In this document: one piece after another, positions 52,972 to 62,036 of the stretch
Numbering within the stretch: position 1 is the first letter of the stretch
Layout: every line of letters begins with the position of its first letter
NCBI GenBank assembly: GCA_964365185.1
Contig: CAYIOP010000002.1
Coordinates: 2,684-66,683, forward strand
DNA length: 64,000 bases
Direction of reading: 5' to 3'
Source of the DNA: an uncultured Candidatus Saccharibacteria bacterium
Lineage (GTDB): Bacteria; Patescibacteriota; Minisyncoccia; UBA6257; 2-01-FULL-56-20
The notes under the pieces: generated by a model
Told to the model about the DNA's origin: nothing
Database searches by the model: none
Seen by the model: only the letters and a program-made list of their open reading frames with translations
Translations under genes and position numbers: made by a program

Positions 52972-53995
52972 CACTGACCAGTTAAAGGATAATTTTTTTG
53001 ACCCCGCTCCGATTCCAAGCGGTGGCCAGCCCAATGTTGATTTCTGGAATGAATTTAGCAGCGGCCTAAAAAAAGCCGGCGTTGAAGCTCATACCACTGA
53101 TTACTGGAGTAAAGATAAAAGCCAACCCGACGATATCTTGATGGTCATAAATCACCCCGGCGAAACTTTCCTTTGGAGCTCATTCTATTTTCTGAAACAC
53201 TTCAAAAAGCGCGGCGGCTTTATTCTCGAACGCCGCCGATTTTTGTACAAAAACTACCGCTATTTCAAAAAACGTATCCTCTATCAAGGAGAACTGCCGG
53301 TAGCCATGCCTTATGTCTATAATAATTTACCAGCACTTAATAAAAAAGGTATTTACACTAAAATCTTGCTAATCTGCAAAGGTTTTGGCAATTACGATTA
53401 CTTTAACCACTATCTTGATATTAATAAGGATATCACCAGTCAGTACTTTGATAATCCTAAAAATAAATTTTTAGTAATGATTAATTCCAATATTCGGCCC
53501 CACTCTCTTAAAAATGAGTATTATAGTGAGCGTTTAAAGCTCATTAAATATTTCAGCCGCATTCCTGGATTTGATCTTTACGGCTATTTTTGGGATAAGA
53601 GACCACGCCACCCATTCTTTTTTCACTACGGTAAATATGTCCGCCATAGCTGGCGGGGCACGACACCCGATAAAGTTAAAACCCTAAGCGAGTATAAATT
53701 TTCCCTTTGTTTAGAAAATTGTATTTACCCCGGTTTTGTAAGCGAGAAAATTTTTGATTCTCTGGCCGCTGGTTGCATTCCGATTTATCTCGGCCCCAAT
53801 GATACCGAAGAAATTGTTCCTAAGTCCTGCTTTGTTAATTTCCGGCGATTCAATAATTATGATAAGCTTTATCATTATATTTCTGCTCTTACTGAAAAGG
53901 ATTTAAATCGATATCGCGATTCAATAAAAAATTTCCTTAAAAGTCGAACGCCCGACAAAGGAATAGATGTTTTTGTCCATAAACTTATTCATTAA
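52946..53995 (+). CDS. GT10 family alpha-1,3-fucosyltransferase-like protein
   Basis: YKFSLCLEN...FVSEKIFDSLAAGCIPIYLG GT10 motif. Confidence 0.85.
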   Translation: MNLYILPISTDQLKDNFFDPAPIPSGGQPNVDFWNEFSSGLKKAGVEAHTTDYWSKDKSQPDDILMVINHPGETFLWSSFYFLKHFKKRGGFILERRRFLYKNYRYFKKRILYQGELPVAMPYVYNNLPALNKKGIYTKILLICKGFGNYDYFNHYLDINKDITSQYFDNPKNKFLVMINSNIRPHSLKNEYYSERLKLIKYFSRIPGFDLYGYFWDKRPRHPFFFHYGKYVRHSWRGTTPDKVKTLSEYKFSLCLENCIYPGFVSEKIFDSLAAGCIPIYLGPNDTEEIVPKSCFVNFRRFNNYDKLYHYISALTEKDLNRYRDSIKNFLKSRTPDKGIDVFVHKLIH

Positions 53996-54029
53996 TTATT
54001 CTGTTGACCGCTAAAGCCCACTGCGAATT

Positions 54030-54884
54030 ATGAATTTTCAAGAAGAACTTGTTAGTATCGGCTTACCCACCTACAATGGTTTGCCATACCTAAAAAAAGC
54101 AGTTGAATCAGCCCTTAACCAGACATATTCAAATATCGAACTTATTATTACCGACAATCCTTCAACAGATGGAACACAAATGTTCTGTGAAGAATACGCA
54201 AAGAAAGATAGGCGTGTAAAATATATTCGTCATCAAAAGGATATTGGAGCTTTTAAAAACTATAATTCCGCTTTTAAGAACGCTCAAGGAAAATATTATT
54301 GCTGGCTTTCATTTGATGACTATTTAGATAAGTATTTCATTGAAAAATGCGTAACAAAATTAAGAGAAGATAAAAAAGCTATTATGGCGATCAGTAATTT
54401 TGTTTTTGTGAATATTTCTGGAGAAATTGTGTTTAAACCCAATCCCAAAGATTATTTCCCAATCGAAAAAGATCTCTATCTACGGCTTAAGGAATATATT
54501 TTACTATATTGGATACTCGGCAAAGCTACATTGTTTCATGGTCTTTGGCGGCGTGAGGCGATTGCTAATGAAATCATCAGAGACCTACCCGATAGTGATA
54601 TCGGTTTCATTTTCCGAGGACTTTCACGTGGGAACTTTCTCTTTGTAGACGAAGTTCTTTTTTATAAAGGCATCCTGCCCGGCCGCGAATCACGCGAACA
54701 TGAGAAATTAACTTTTAGACGAGTTATATCTTCTATATTTTTCCGGATTAAACTTATCCCACTATATTTTTTTAATATGAAATATACAACTAGAATTAAA
54801 AATCTTTCCTTTGTAAAAAGGCTTAAGCTTATTTTTTGGGAATGTATATCAATAATAAGAATGTTCGTAATGCGAAAATATTAA
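54030..54884 (+). CDS. GT2 family glycosyltransferase
   Basis: VSIGLPTYNG, SALNQTY, DNPSTDGT, WLSFDD. Confidence 0.92.
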   Translation: MNFQEELVSIGLPTYNGLPYLKKAVESALNQTYSNIELIITDNPSTDGTQMFCEEYAKKDRRVKYIRHQKDIGAFKNYNSAFKNAQGKYYCWLSFDDYLDKYFIEKCVTKLREDKKAIMAISNFVFVNISGEIVFKPNPKDYFPIEKDLYLRLKEYILLYWILGKATLFHGLWRREAIANEIIRDLPDSDIGFIFRGLSRGNFLFVDEVLFYKGILPGRESREHEKLTFRRVISSIFFRIKLIPLYFFNMKYTTRIKNLSFVKRLKLIFWECISIIRMFVMRKY

Positions 54885-55011
54885 TTATTGATAACGATGG
54901 ACTAATTATAAGTTTTTTTTCTTAAGCCTAGAAGAAAATCGCGCAAATTTTAAAATTACGGGACGGTTATTGCATAATTGTTTATGTTTGGATATAATAG
55001 AAGTCAAAAAC

Positions 55012-55641
55012 ATGAACGAAATTAAACTCAATATTGGATGCGGTGGACGTCCGTTGGGCGGCTATATTAATGTTGATATGGATAGCGCCGATGATCTCCG
55101 CCGACGCTATCCTAGTCGGAAGTTTGCCCCCGATCTAAAAATCTATGATTATGATATTTTTCATCTTCCATATCAAGATAGTACAGTAGATGAAGTTAGA
55201 GCCGATTCATTCCTTGAGCATCTTTCATTTAGTGAAGAACCAAAATTTTTTAAAGAAGTTAGTCGCGTACTTAAGTCCGGAGGGACTTTCAAGTTTTTAG
55301 TGCCGAATTTTGAAGAAGTTGTTAAAGCTTGGCTTAAAGCCAAGGATGATTGGAAAGAATTTTATAGAAATGACGACGAGGCCATTGCTAAACATCACTG
55401 GTTTGGGAATTATTCTTATGCGATTGATAACCGTTGGGGATACCTGACGGCGGCATTTTACGGCACGCAAAATGGCGATGGGCAATTTCACAGGAATTGT
55501 TATACCGAGGGCAAGATTCGAGCTATGTTAAAATATCTAAGATTTACGGATATTGAGATTCAACGCGAGGGAGTAGAAGACGATCATGATGTAATGTTTT
55601 GGGACGACGTCATGCTTAGGGTTCGTTGCCGAAAACTCTAA
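55012..55641 (+). CDS. Class I SAM-dependent methyltransferase (track start 54970; ATG at 55012)
   Basis: KLNIGCG, GYINVD, FLEH, RVLKSGG, VPN. Confidence 0.85.
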   Translation: MNEIKLNIGCGGRPLGGYINVDMDSADDLRRRYPSRKFAPDLKIYDYDIFHLPYQDSTVDEVRADSFLEHLSFSEEPKFFKEVSRVLKSGGTFKFLVPNFEEVVKAWLKAKDDWKEFYRNDDEAIAKHHWFGNYSYAIDNRWGYLTAAFYGTQNGDGQFHRNCYTEGKIRAMLKYLRFTDIEIQREGVEDDHDVMFWDDVMLRVRCRKL

Positions 55642-55659
55642 TTAGTTATTTTCGCAACT

Positions 55660-55690
55660 TAAAAATGCGGCCGCGGAGGCCGCATTTTTA
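55660..55690. terminator. Bidirectional intrinsic terminator
   Basis: TAAAAATGCGGCC-GCGGA-GGCCGCATTTTTA. Confidence 0.8.
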
Positions 55691-55734
55691 TTGACTAAAT
55701 TTAGAGTTAAAGATATTCTGATTGAGTAATTTAC

Positions 55735-56190
55735 ATGATAAACGGCGTCGTTATTAAAAAAATAGATGTTCACACAGATGAACGCGGATTTTTTGCTGAA
55801 TTAGTTAAATTTGGCGAAGAAACTTTTCACGAAATTAAGCAAACCAGTTATTCAGAAACTAAACCCGGAATTATTAAGGCGTTCCATATTCATGATTATT
55901 GGGAGGTCTGGTGTATTGTAAAAGGTGAAGCTCAAGTCGTATTGCATGATCTCCGACCCAATTCAGCGACCCAAGGCAAGACCGATATCATCTTAACTGG
56001 CGAGCAAAATTTGTTGGTGATCGCTATCCCCGGTGGCGTCGCGCATGGTTATAAAACGCTCGGCGCAAAACCCATGGGTATTATCTACCACTCAACCGAG
56101 GCCTATAATCCTGAGAATATCACCATCCGCACCATCCCCTACGATTCTCAGGAAATAAATTTCGATTGGAACAAAAACTATGGCCATTAA
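55735..56190 (+). CDS. RmlC-like NDP-sugar 3,5-epimerase (cupin)
   Basis: DERGFFAEL, IIKAFHIH, DLRPNS, IPGGVAHGY. Confidence 0.85.
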   Translation: MINGVVIKKIDVHTDERGFFAELVKFGEETFHEIKQTSYSETKPGIIKAFHIHDYWEVWCIVKGEAQVVLHDLRPNSATQGKTDIILTGEQNLLVIAIPGGVAHGYKTLGAKPMGIIYHSTEAYNPENITIRTIPYDSQEINFDWNKNYGH

Positions 56191-56596
56191 AATCAAAGTT
56201 AAAAATTCCGGTCTTATAAAAATTTCAGTTCGTAAAGATAAGCGTGGTAATCTTTTCGCCGCCGAAGCTCTCCGCCAGATCCCTTTTCTGATTCGGCGGG
56301 TTTATTTTCTGACTGATTTCAAAAATTCTAACACTGCTCGCGGCCAGCATGCTCATAAAAAATTAAACCAAGTTATTTTCTGTCTTCGTGGTTCTTTTTA
56401 TTTAAGCTTGGATGATGGAAAACAGAAACAGAAAATCCGCTTGAGCAATCCCTCGCTCGGTATTCTATTAAGGCCGAAATTGTGGCACAGTATGAGCCGG
56501 TTCTCTAAAGATTGCGTTATTCTGGTAGTCGCGAGCGACTATTATAAGGAAACCGATTACATTCGGGATTATAGTGATTTTAAAAAATTAAAATGA
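56180..56596 (+). CDS. FdtA/QdtA-like sugar 3,4-ketoisomerase (cupin)
   Basis: DKRGNL, IPFLIRRVY, RGQHAHK, LWHSM, DYIRDY. Confidence 0.9.
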   Translation: MAIKIKVKNSGLIKISVRKDKRGNLFAAEALRQIPFLIRRVYFLTDFKNSNTARGQHAHKKLNQVIFCLRGSFYLSLDDGKQKQKIRLSNPSLGILLRPKLWHSMSRFSKDCVILVVASDYYKETDYIRDYSDFKKLK

Positions 56597-57537
56597 ACTC
56601 CAAACCTAAAAAAACTATTCTTGTAACCGGCGCCTTAGGCCATATCGGCTCCAAGCTCATTCGTGAATTTTCTCCGGAGATTGTGGGCAAGGTGATTATC
56701 GTCGATAATCTTTTGACCCAGCGCTACGCTTCGCTTTTTAATCTTCCCGCATCAATTCAATACGAATTTCACGAAGACGATATTCACACCGCCGATTTTT
56801 CAAAATATCTAAAAAGCGTAGATGCGGTGATTCACTTGGCCGCCATCACCGACGCTCCGGCTTCAGTAGATAATTCCAAAGAAACCTTCGATGTGAATCT
56901 CGGCGGCACCAAGCGATTGGCTGACGCTTGTCTTGTCGCAAACGTACCTATGTTTTTTCCGTCAACCACCAGCGTCTATGGGTCCCAAGAAAATTTTGTG
57001 GGCGAAACCTGCGAAGAACTTAAACCCCAAAGCCCGTACGCTGAATCCAAACTTCAGGCCGAAGAATATCTTCGCGGCTTGAAATCCCAAGGACTTAAAT
57101 TTATCATCTGTCGCCTCGGCACAATCTTTGGTTATTCAGTTGGAATGCGATTTCACACCGCGGTCAATAAATTCACTTGGCAAGCGGTTCATGGTATTCC
57201 TCTTACTGTCTGGAAAACAGCTTGGCAGCAAAAACGTCCTTATCTTGATCTTGCCGATTGCGTTAAAGCCATTAATCTCATTTTGGAGCGCGATATTTTT
57301 GACGGAGAAACTTATAATATCCTTACCAATAATTTTACGGTTGAAGATATTGTAACAACTATTAAAAAATTTATTCCTAATCTTGAAATTAGTTATGTTG
57401 ATTCAGCGATTATGAACCAGCTTTCTTATGAAGTTAGCGATGCGAAGTTTAAATCCTTAGGATTCGTATTGACCGGCAATTTGGAAAAAGGGATTAAAGA
57501 AACAATAGATAGTTTGAATGGCCTCTTCTCAACTTAA
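56593..57537 (+). CDS. NAD-dependent sugar epimerase/reductase (SDR)
   Basis: TGALGHIG, HLAAITDA, STTSVYG, SPYAESK. Confidence 0.88.
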   Translation: MNSKPKKTILVTGALGHIGSKLIREFSPEIVGKVIIVDNLLTQRYASLFNLPASIQYEFHEDDIHTADFSKYLKSVDAVIHLAAITDAPASVDNSKETFDVNLGGTKRLADACLVANVPMFFPSTTSVYGSQENFVGETCEELKPQSPYAESKLQAEEYLRGLKSQGLKFIICRLGTIFGYSVGMRFHTAVNKFTWQAVHGIPLTVWKTAWQQKRPYLDLADCVKAINLILERDIFDGETYNILTNNFTVEDIVTTIKKFIPNLEISYVDSAIMNQLSYEVSDAKFKSLGFVLTGNLEKGIKETIDSLNGLFST

Positions 57538-57552
57538 AGCAGAGCTTCTCGA

Positions 57553-58251
57553 ATGAAAATAATTTTCTTGAATCTATGGGGCGCTAAGATTAAAAAAAAC
57601 CTCGCCGAATTTTTAAAGTCCCAATCCCATAATACCGATATTTTTTGCCTCCAAGAGGTTTATGGTGAAGCGAAGTCGCTTTTAATAGATTGCTTATCCG
57701 ATTTTAAAGAAGTGTCGGCAACTAAACCGATGGCTTTTGGTAATAATTTTTTCGCCCAAGCGACATACATAAAAGAGAATATACCAATTATAAGTTCAGA
57801 TACTTTATTGGAAAATGAAAATGAATCTGGACTCGGTCTTTCTGTGTATATTAGTTTTAAAGGAAAAGATCTACATATTTGCAACTTCCACGGCTTAACC
57901 TTTGCCGAAGACGACGACAAATTGGACACTTCAACTCGGCTCTTTCAGTCAGAATTAATAATTAAAAATTTTGAAAAGAAATCGGGTCTTAAAATCATTG
58001 GCGGTGACTTCAACATCCTACCTCAAGCCGAAAGTATAAAGATGTTCGAAAAGAAGGGTTACACCGATCTCATCAAAAAGTATCACATAACTACAACCAG
58101 AAGCCGCATTGCCTTAAAAAAATATCCCGGTCACGAAGAATATTTTTCCGATTATGTTTTTATAAGTCCTGATGTAAAACTTAAAAAGTTTTCCGTCCCC
58201 AGCCTAGAAATTTCCGATCACCTACCCCTGATTCTTGAAATCGACGTTTAG
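57553..58251 (+). CDS. Endonuclease/exonuclease/phosphatase family protein
   Basis: FLNLW, DIFCLQEV, IIGGDFN, DYVF, SDHLPL. Confidence 0.92.
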   Translation: MKIIFLNLWGAKIKKNLAEFLKSQSHNTDIFCLQEVYGEAKSLLIDCLSDFKEVSATKPMAFGNNFFAQATYIKENIPIISSDTLLENENESGLGLSVYISFKGKDLHICNFHGLTFAEDDDKLDTSTRLFQSELIIKNFEKKSGLKIIGGDFNILPQAESIKMFEKKGYTDLIKKYHITTTRSRIALKKYPGHEEYFSDYVFISPDVKLKKFSVPSLEISDHLPLILEIDV

Positions 58252-58283
58252 AAGAGAGGAACAAACGTACGTAGGTTATAAAT

Positions 58284-58311
58284 TTGACATTTTTTAGGGT
58301 TTGTGTATAAT
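58284..58311 (+). promoter_or_regulatory. Consensus promoter of the cassette at 58369-59103
   Basis: TTGACA, 16-nt spacer, TATAAT; SD AAAGGA before the TTG start. Confidence 0.8.
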
Positions 58312-58368
58312 GGTGGCAGAAGCTTGAATTCCCGTTTTCCTAATCCATAAAAGAAAGGATGGCACTCT

Positions 58369-59103
58369 TTGGTTATTAAAAAACTTCCCTTCCCGCGTCT
58401 CGCCGAATTAGTGAGAAAGAGGTACGAGCAGAATCCGGACGCGAAGAGACACGGTTCTTTTGAAGAGCACGATCTTCTTGTTGGTAGCTTTGCTTCTATC
58501 ATCGCTCCCAATCCAAGAACAGGACGTCTTGGAATTGCTGCCGGATATTGTCACAGTATCGATCACCTCGTAGGAGGGCGTCTCGACAATTTTGATGTCG
58601 AAAACCCAGCGAATCTCCGTAAGACGGCCACCACTCCCGAAGAAGTGGAGCGTTACTTGCGTGAACTCCTCGCAGCTTCAAAGGAACTCTCCGAGGAAGA
58701 CCAAGAAGAAGTGGTGCAGGCGGTTCTTCATCACGAAGGAAACAATGAGCAGATCGACTTACTCCCGCATCACCTCTTGGCACAGACTTTAGTCGAAGCC
58801 GATCGCCTTGCCAACATGATCACCACGATTCCAATGCGGGGCGCAAGGTTTAGTTTGCACTTGCCCTTAGTCGACCCTCTTCATTTTGAGAATGATCCCG
58901 CTGCGAATTATCGCAATCCTAAATCTGTTCTCTGGGACGTAGCCAACTGCGCCAGTTGGGGAGATCGCGGGGGGCCCTATATACTCCGGCTTCCCAAAGC
59001 TCGAGAGCTAGGAGCCAAGTACGCAGCCCACCTCCGGCAGATAATCGCATGGATTCGCGAAGACTACATGGATACGAGAATCGTTTCTGAAAACTCGAAT
59101 TAA
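58369..59103 (+). CDS. Degenerate HD-domain-like hypothetical protein
   Basis: H..EEH, AGYCHSID at the HD position, AVLHH, LVEADRL. Confidence 0.55.
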   Translation: MVIKKLPFPRLAELVRKRYEQNPDAKRHGSFEEHDLLVGSFASIIAPNPRTGRLGIAAGYCHSIDHLVGGRLDNFDVENPANLRKTATTPEEVERYLRELLAASKELSEEDQEEVVQAVLHHEGNNEQIDLLPHHLLAQTLVEADRLANMITTIPMRGARFSLHLPLVDPLHFENDPAANYRNPKSVLWDVANCASWGDRGGPYILRLPKARELGAKYAAHLRQIIAWIREDYMDTRIVSENSN

Positions 59104-59129
59104 TTTATTCGTTTTTCGTAGTCATGAAC

Positions 59130-59164
59130 AAAAAGCGGCCTAGGAATAATCCCAGGCCGCTTTT
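59130..59164. terminator. Bidirectional intrinsic terminator
   Basis: AAAAAGCGGCCT...AGGCCGCTTTT. Confidence 0.8.
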
Positions 59165-59203
59165 CATTTGAAATTAGTCCCCTCGAATGTTAGAATGAAG
59201 CCC

Positions 59204-60397
59204 ATGAAAATCAAACTTAGTCCTATTATTGACTTCGGAAAAATGCCGATTGCCAACGCCTTTTTAACTGAAGATCAGTTTAAAGACGAGTATTTCTATA
59301 ATATGGTTTTGGGTTATGACCCCGAAACGCACGCTATCGGACTCGTAAACACCGTTCCGCCTAAGATGATGTTTCACGACCACTACGCTTTTTTCTCCGG
59401 AACTTCCAAGGCCATGCAAAAACACTTTCGAAATACGGCGGAAAAACTTCTGCCTCTGGCGGGAAAAGGTATGGTCGTTGAGGTTGGTTCAAATGATGGC
59501 ATCATGCTTGAGGCCTGGAAAGAATTTGGAGTCAAAGCCATCGGTGTTGAGCCATCCAGGAATGTGGCCGAGGTCTCCAAATCGCGCGGCCACGATGTTA
59601 TCATTAAATTTTTAACTCCCGAAGTTGTTGACGAAATTTTATCCCAAGGAAAAGTATCACTGGTCTATAGCGCCAACACCTCTTGCCACATCGAAGGGTT
59701 CGTCGAATATCTTGCAGGTATCACTAAATTAATTGGTCAGGGCGGCATTTTTGTTTTTGAAGACCCTTATTTTTTGGATATTATTGAGAAAACATCTTAC
59801 GACCAGATTTACGATGAACATGTCTGGTATTTTACTATTTCGTTTATAAATCAAATACTTAAGCCCTACGGTTTCCATGTTTTCGATTGTGAACACATCG
59901 AAGTGCACGGCGGCGAGCTCCGAATGTATGTTGGTCATAAAGACACTCATCCCGCAAAACCAATTGTTGCTGAGTGGCTCAAAAAAGAAGTTGATCTTCC
60001 AACCAAACTCGAAGTTTTAAAAGCCAATGTCCAAAAGTCAAAAGTTATGCTTCTTGAAATACTGAATCAGTTAAAAAAAGAAGGCAGGCGTTTAGCTGGA
60101 TTTGGCGCAACTTCTAAAGCCACCACCATTTTCAATTATTGCGGCATTGGGCCAGACCTTATACCTTTTGTGACCGACACCACTCCGTTGAAGCAAGGTA
60201 AATACTATCCCGGCGTTCACATTCCGGTTGTTCCTCAGGGGGTTTTTGAGGCCGGCAAGACCGACTCGTCAAAATTTATTGATTATGTTTTTTTAGGCGC
60301 CTGGAACCATTTTAAAGAAATTGATGAGTATCAATCATGGTTTAGGGTTGCGGGCGGGCATTGGATAACCCATGTGCCTCTGCCGAAAATTATTTAA
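59204..60397 (+). CDS. NDP-hexose C-methyltransferase family protein (track start 59168; ATG 59204 more likely)
   Basis: DFGKMPIANAF, VEVGSNDG, GVEPS, YDQIYDEH, VHGGELR, GFGATSK, GVHIPV, LGAWN. Confidence 0.88.
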   Translation: MKIKLSPIIDFGKMPIANAFLTEDQFKDEYFYNMVLGYDPETHAIGLVNTVPPKMMFHDHYAFFSGTSKAMQKHFRNTAEKLLPLAGKGMVVEVGSNDGIMLEAWKEFGVKAIGVEPSRNVAEVSKSRGHDVIIKFLTPEVVDEILSQGKVSLVYSANTSCHIEGFVEYLAGITKLIGQGGIFVFEDPYFLDIIEKTSYDQIYDEHVWYFTISFINQILKPYGFHVFDCEHIEVHGGELRMYVGHKDTHPAKPIVAEWLKKEVDLPTKLEVLKANVQKSKVMLLEILNQLKKEGRRLAGFGATSKATTIFNYCGIGPDLIPFVTDTTPLKQGKYYPGVHIPVVPQGVFEAGKTDSSKFIDYVFLGAWNHFKEIDEYQSWFRVAGGHWITHVPLPKII

Positions 60398-60517
60398 AAC
60401 GTAGCAGTTGCTACTCATAAATAATTTAGTATTTTTCATTAGGATTCCTTGAGGGGAAAAAATAGACATCGTTCCATCAATAAAGTATTATTGAAAAAAC
60501 AAAAATAATCAAAGAAC

Positions 60518-61330
60518 ATGGAGTGCGAGAAATGCAATTTTAAAAACCCAACCGCGACTGCGACGGCAGTAGTTATTAAAAATGGAGAAATTCTTCTCTT
60601 AAAAAGAAATGAAGATCCTCATAAAGGAGAATGGGATTTTATCGGAGGATTTCTAAATGAAGAAGAAACTCCTCTTATGGCTCTAAAACGAGAGATTAGA
60701 GAAGAACTAAGCGTGACAGAGTTCAACGTTGACTATATAAAATCATTCCCAGGCACGCATCTTTGGAAAGACAAAACCTACCCCATCCTTTCCCACGCTT
60801 TCTTAGTAAGCCTAGGGAGCGATCTCAAACTTAACGAGGAAAACAGCGAGTATAATTTTGTTCCACTCAAGGAAGTTGAGTCCGTCTGTTTTGATTCAAA
60901 TATGAAGATACTTCAGTATGTAAAGGAAAATTTTCTGTTTGACTTGCCGAGAGTCGAAGAGCTTATGCGGCAGCTTGATCCCCAGATGAAATTAAATGAG
61001 CAATATATTTACAAAGCCATTTTAGATGGCTTTGTTTCGAAAAAGTACGACGGCAATAAGTTGATCGGTTTGGGATGGATATTCCCTCGGCAAACTATGG
61101 TTCGAAGGCAGGCGGTCGTGGAAGATATGATTGTTGATAACGCCTACCGAGGGAAAGGTTTTGGCAGAGAAATTCTAAAAGATTTACTCCGGTGGGCCAA
61201 AGAAAACGATATGGATATGGTTGAGCTTACAACCAATCCTGCGCGAGTAGCTGCTAACGAACTTTATAAATCAGAGGGCTTTTGGTTGCACCCAACAAAT
61301 CATTATTTATACAACGTTAAGAAAAATTAA
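60518..61330 (+). CDS. NUDIX hydrolase-GNAT acetyltransferase fusion
   Basis: GGFLNEEETPLMALKREIREEL Nudix box; VEDMIVDNAYRGKGFG and AANELYKSEGF GNAT motifs. Confidence 0.85.
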   Translation: MECEKCNFKNPTATATAVVIKNGEILLLKRNEDPHKGEWDFIGGFLNEEETPLMALKREIREELSVTEFNVDYIKSFPGTHLWKDKTYPILSHAFLVSLGSDLKLNEENSEYNFVPLKEVESVCFDSNMKILQYVKENFLFDLPRVEELMRQLDPQMKLNEQYIYKAILDGFVSKKYDGNKLIGLGWIFPRQTMVRRQAVVEDMIVDNAYRGKGFGREILKDLLRWAKENDMDMVELTTNPARVAANELYKSEGFWLHPTNHYLYNVKKN

Positions 61331-62034
61331 TGCGGAGCATTACTAAAAATCCTAACCGGATAAACATAATACCGCCCCGTATAATTATCTGGGGAGGCAC
61401 CGGACAGGCGAAAGTTATTCGGCCCATTATTGAACATTACGGATCAAAAGTTGTTGCTGTTATTGATGATACTCCTGGCCTGCCGTCGCCCTTTCCTGAT
61501 GTAGAAATTTGGCGCGGGTATGAAGGATTTAAGCAATGGGCGGCGCAAGAGAAAAGCCGCAGTGAAATCGGTTTTTGTATTGCTATTGGTAATCCCCATG
61601 GACGCGCGCGTCTGCGGTTACACGACTTACTTATCAAAGAGGGTTTGTCGGCGATAAGCATTGCTCATCCCAGTGCTATTATTGCCGAGAACGCAATTAT
61701 CGGCGAAGGAGCGCAAATTCTTGCTGGTGCGATTATCCAACCAGAGGCAAAGATAGGAAAGGAATGTATTATAAATACCGGGGCAAGCGTGGACCATGAG
61801 GATATTCTCGAGGATGGAGTAGAGATAGCTCCTGGAGCAGTACTTGCTGGTTTAGTCCGCGTCGAAACATGTGCCTGGGTTGCCTCTGGAGCTATTATAC
61901 TCCCGCGCCTTACAATTGGCGCCGACTCAATTGTTGGTGCCGGAGCGGTTGTGATTGAAAACGTTCCACCTCGAACAGTCGTAGTTGGTATTCCAGCGCG
62001 CAAATTAAAATCAATAGACGATACGCGGAAATAA
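61330..62034 (+). CDS. PglD/NeuD-like sugar acetyltransferase (left-handed beta-helix)
   Basis: IWGGTGQAKV, IAIGN, HPSA, INTGASVDHE, hexapeptide repeats, VVGIPAR. Confidence 0.92.
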   Translation: MRSITKNPNRINIIPPRIIIWGGTGQAKVIRPIIEHYGSKVVAVIDDTPGLPSPFPDVEIWRGYEGFKQWAAQEKSRSEIGFCIAIGNPHGRARLRLHDLLIKEGLSAISIAHPSAIIAENAIIGEGAQILAGAIIQPEAKIGKECIINTGASVDHEDILEDGVEIAPGAVLAGLVRVETCAWVASGAIILPRLTIGADSIVGAGAVVIENVPPRTVVVGIPARKLKSIDDTRK

Positions 62035-62036
62035 AA

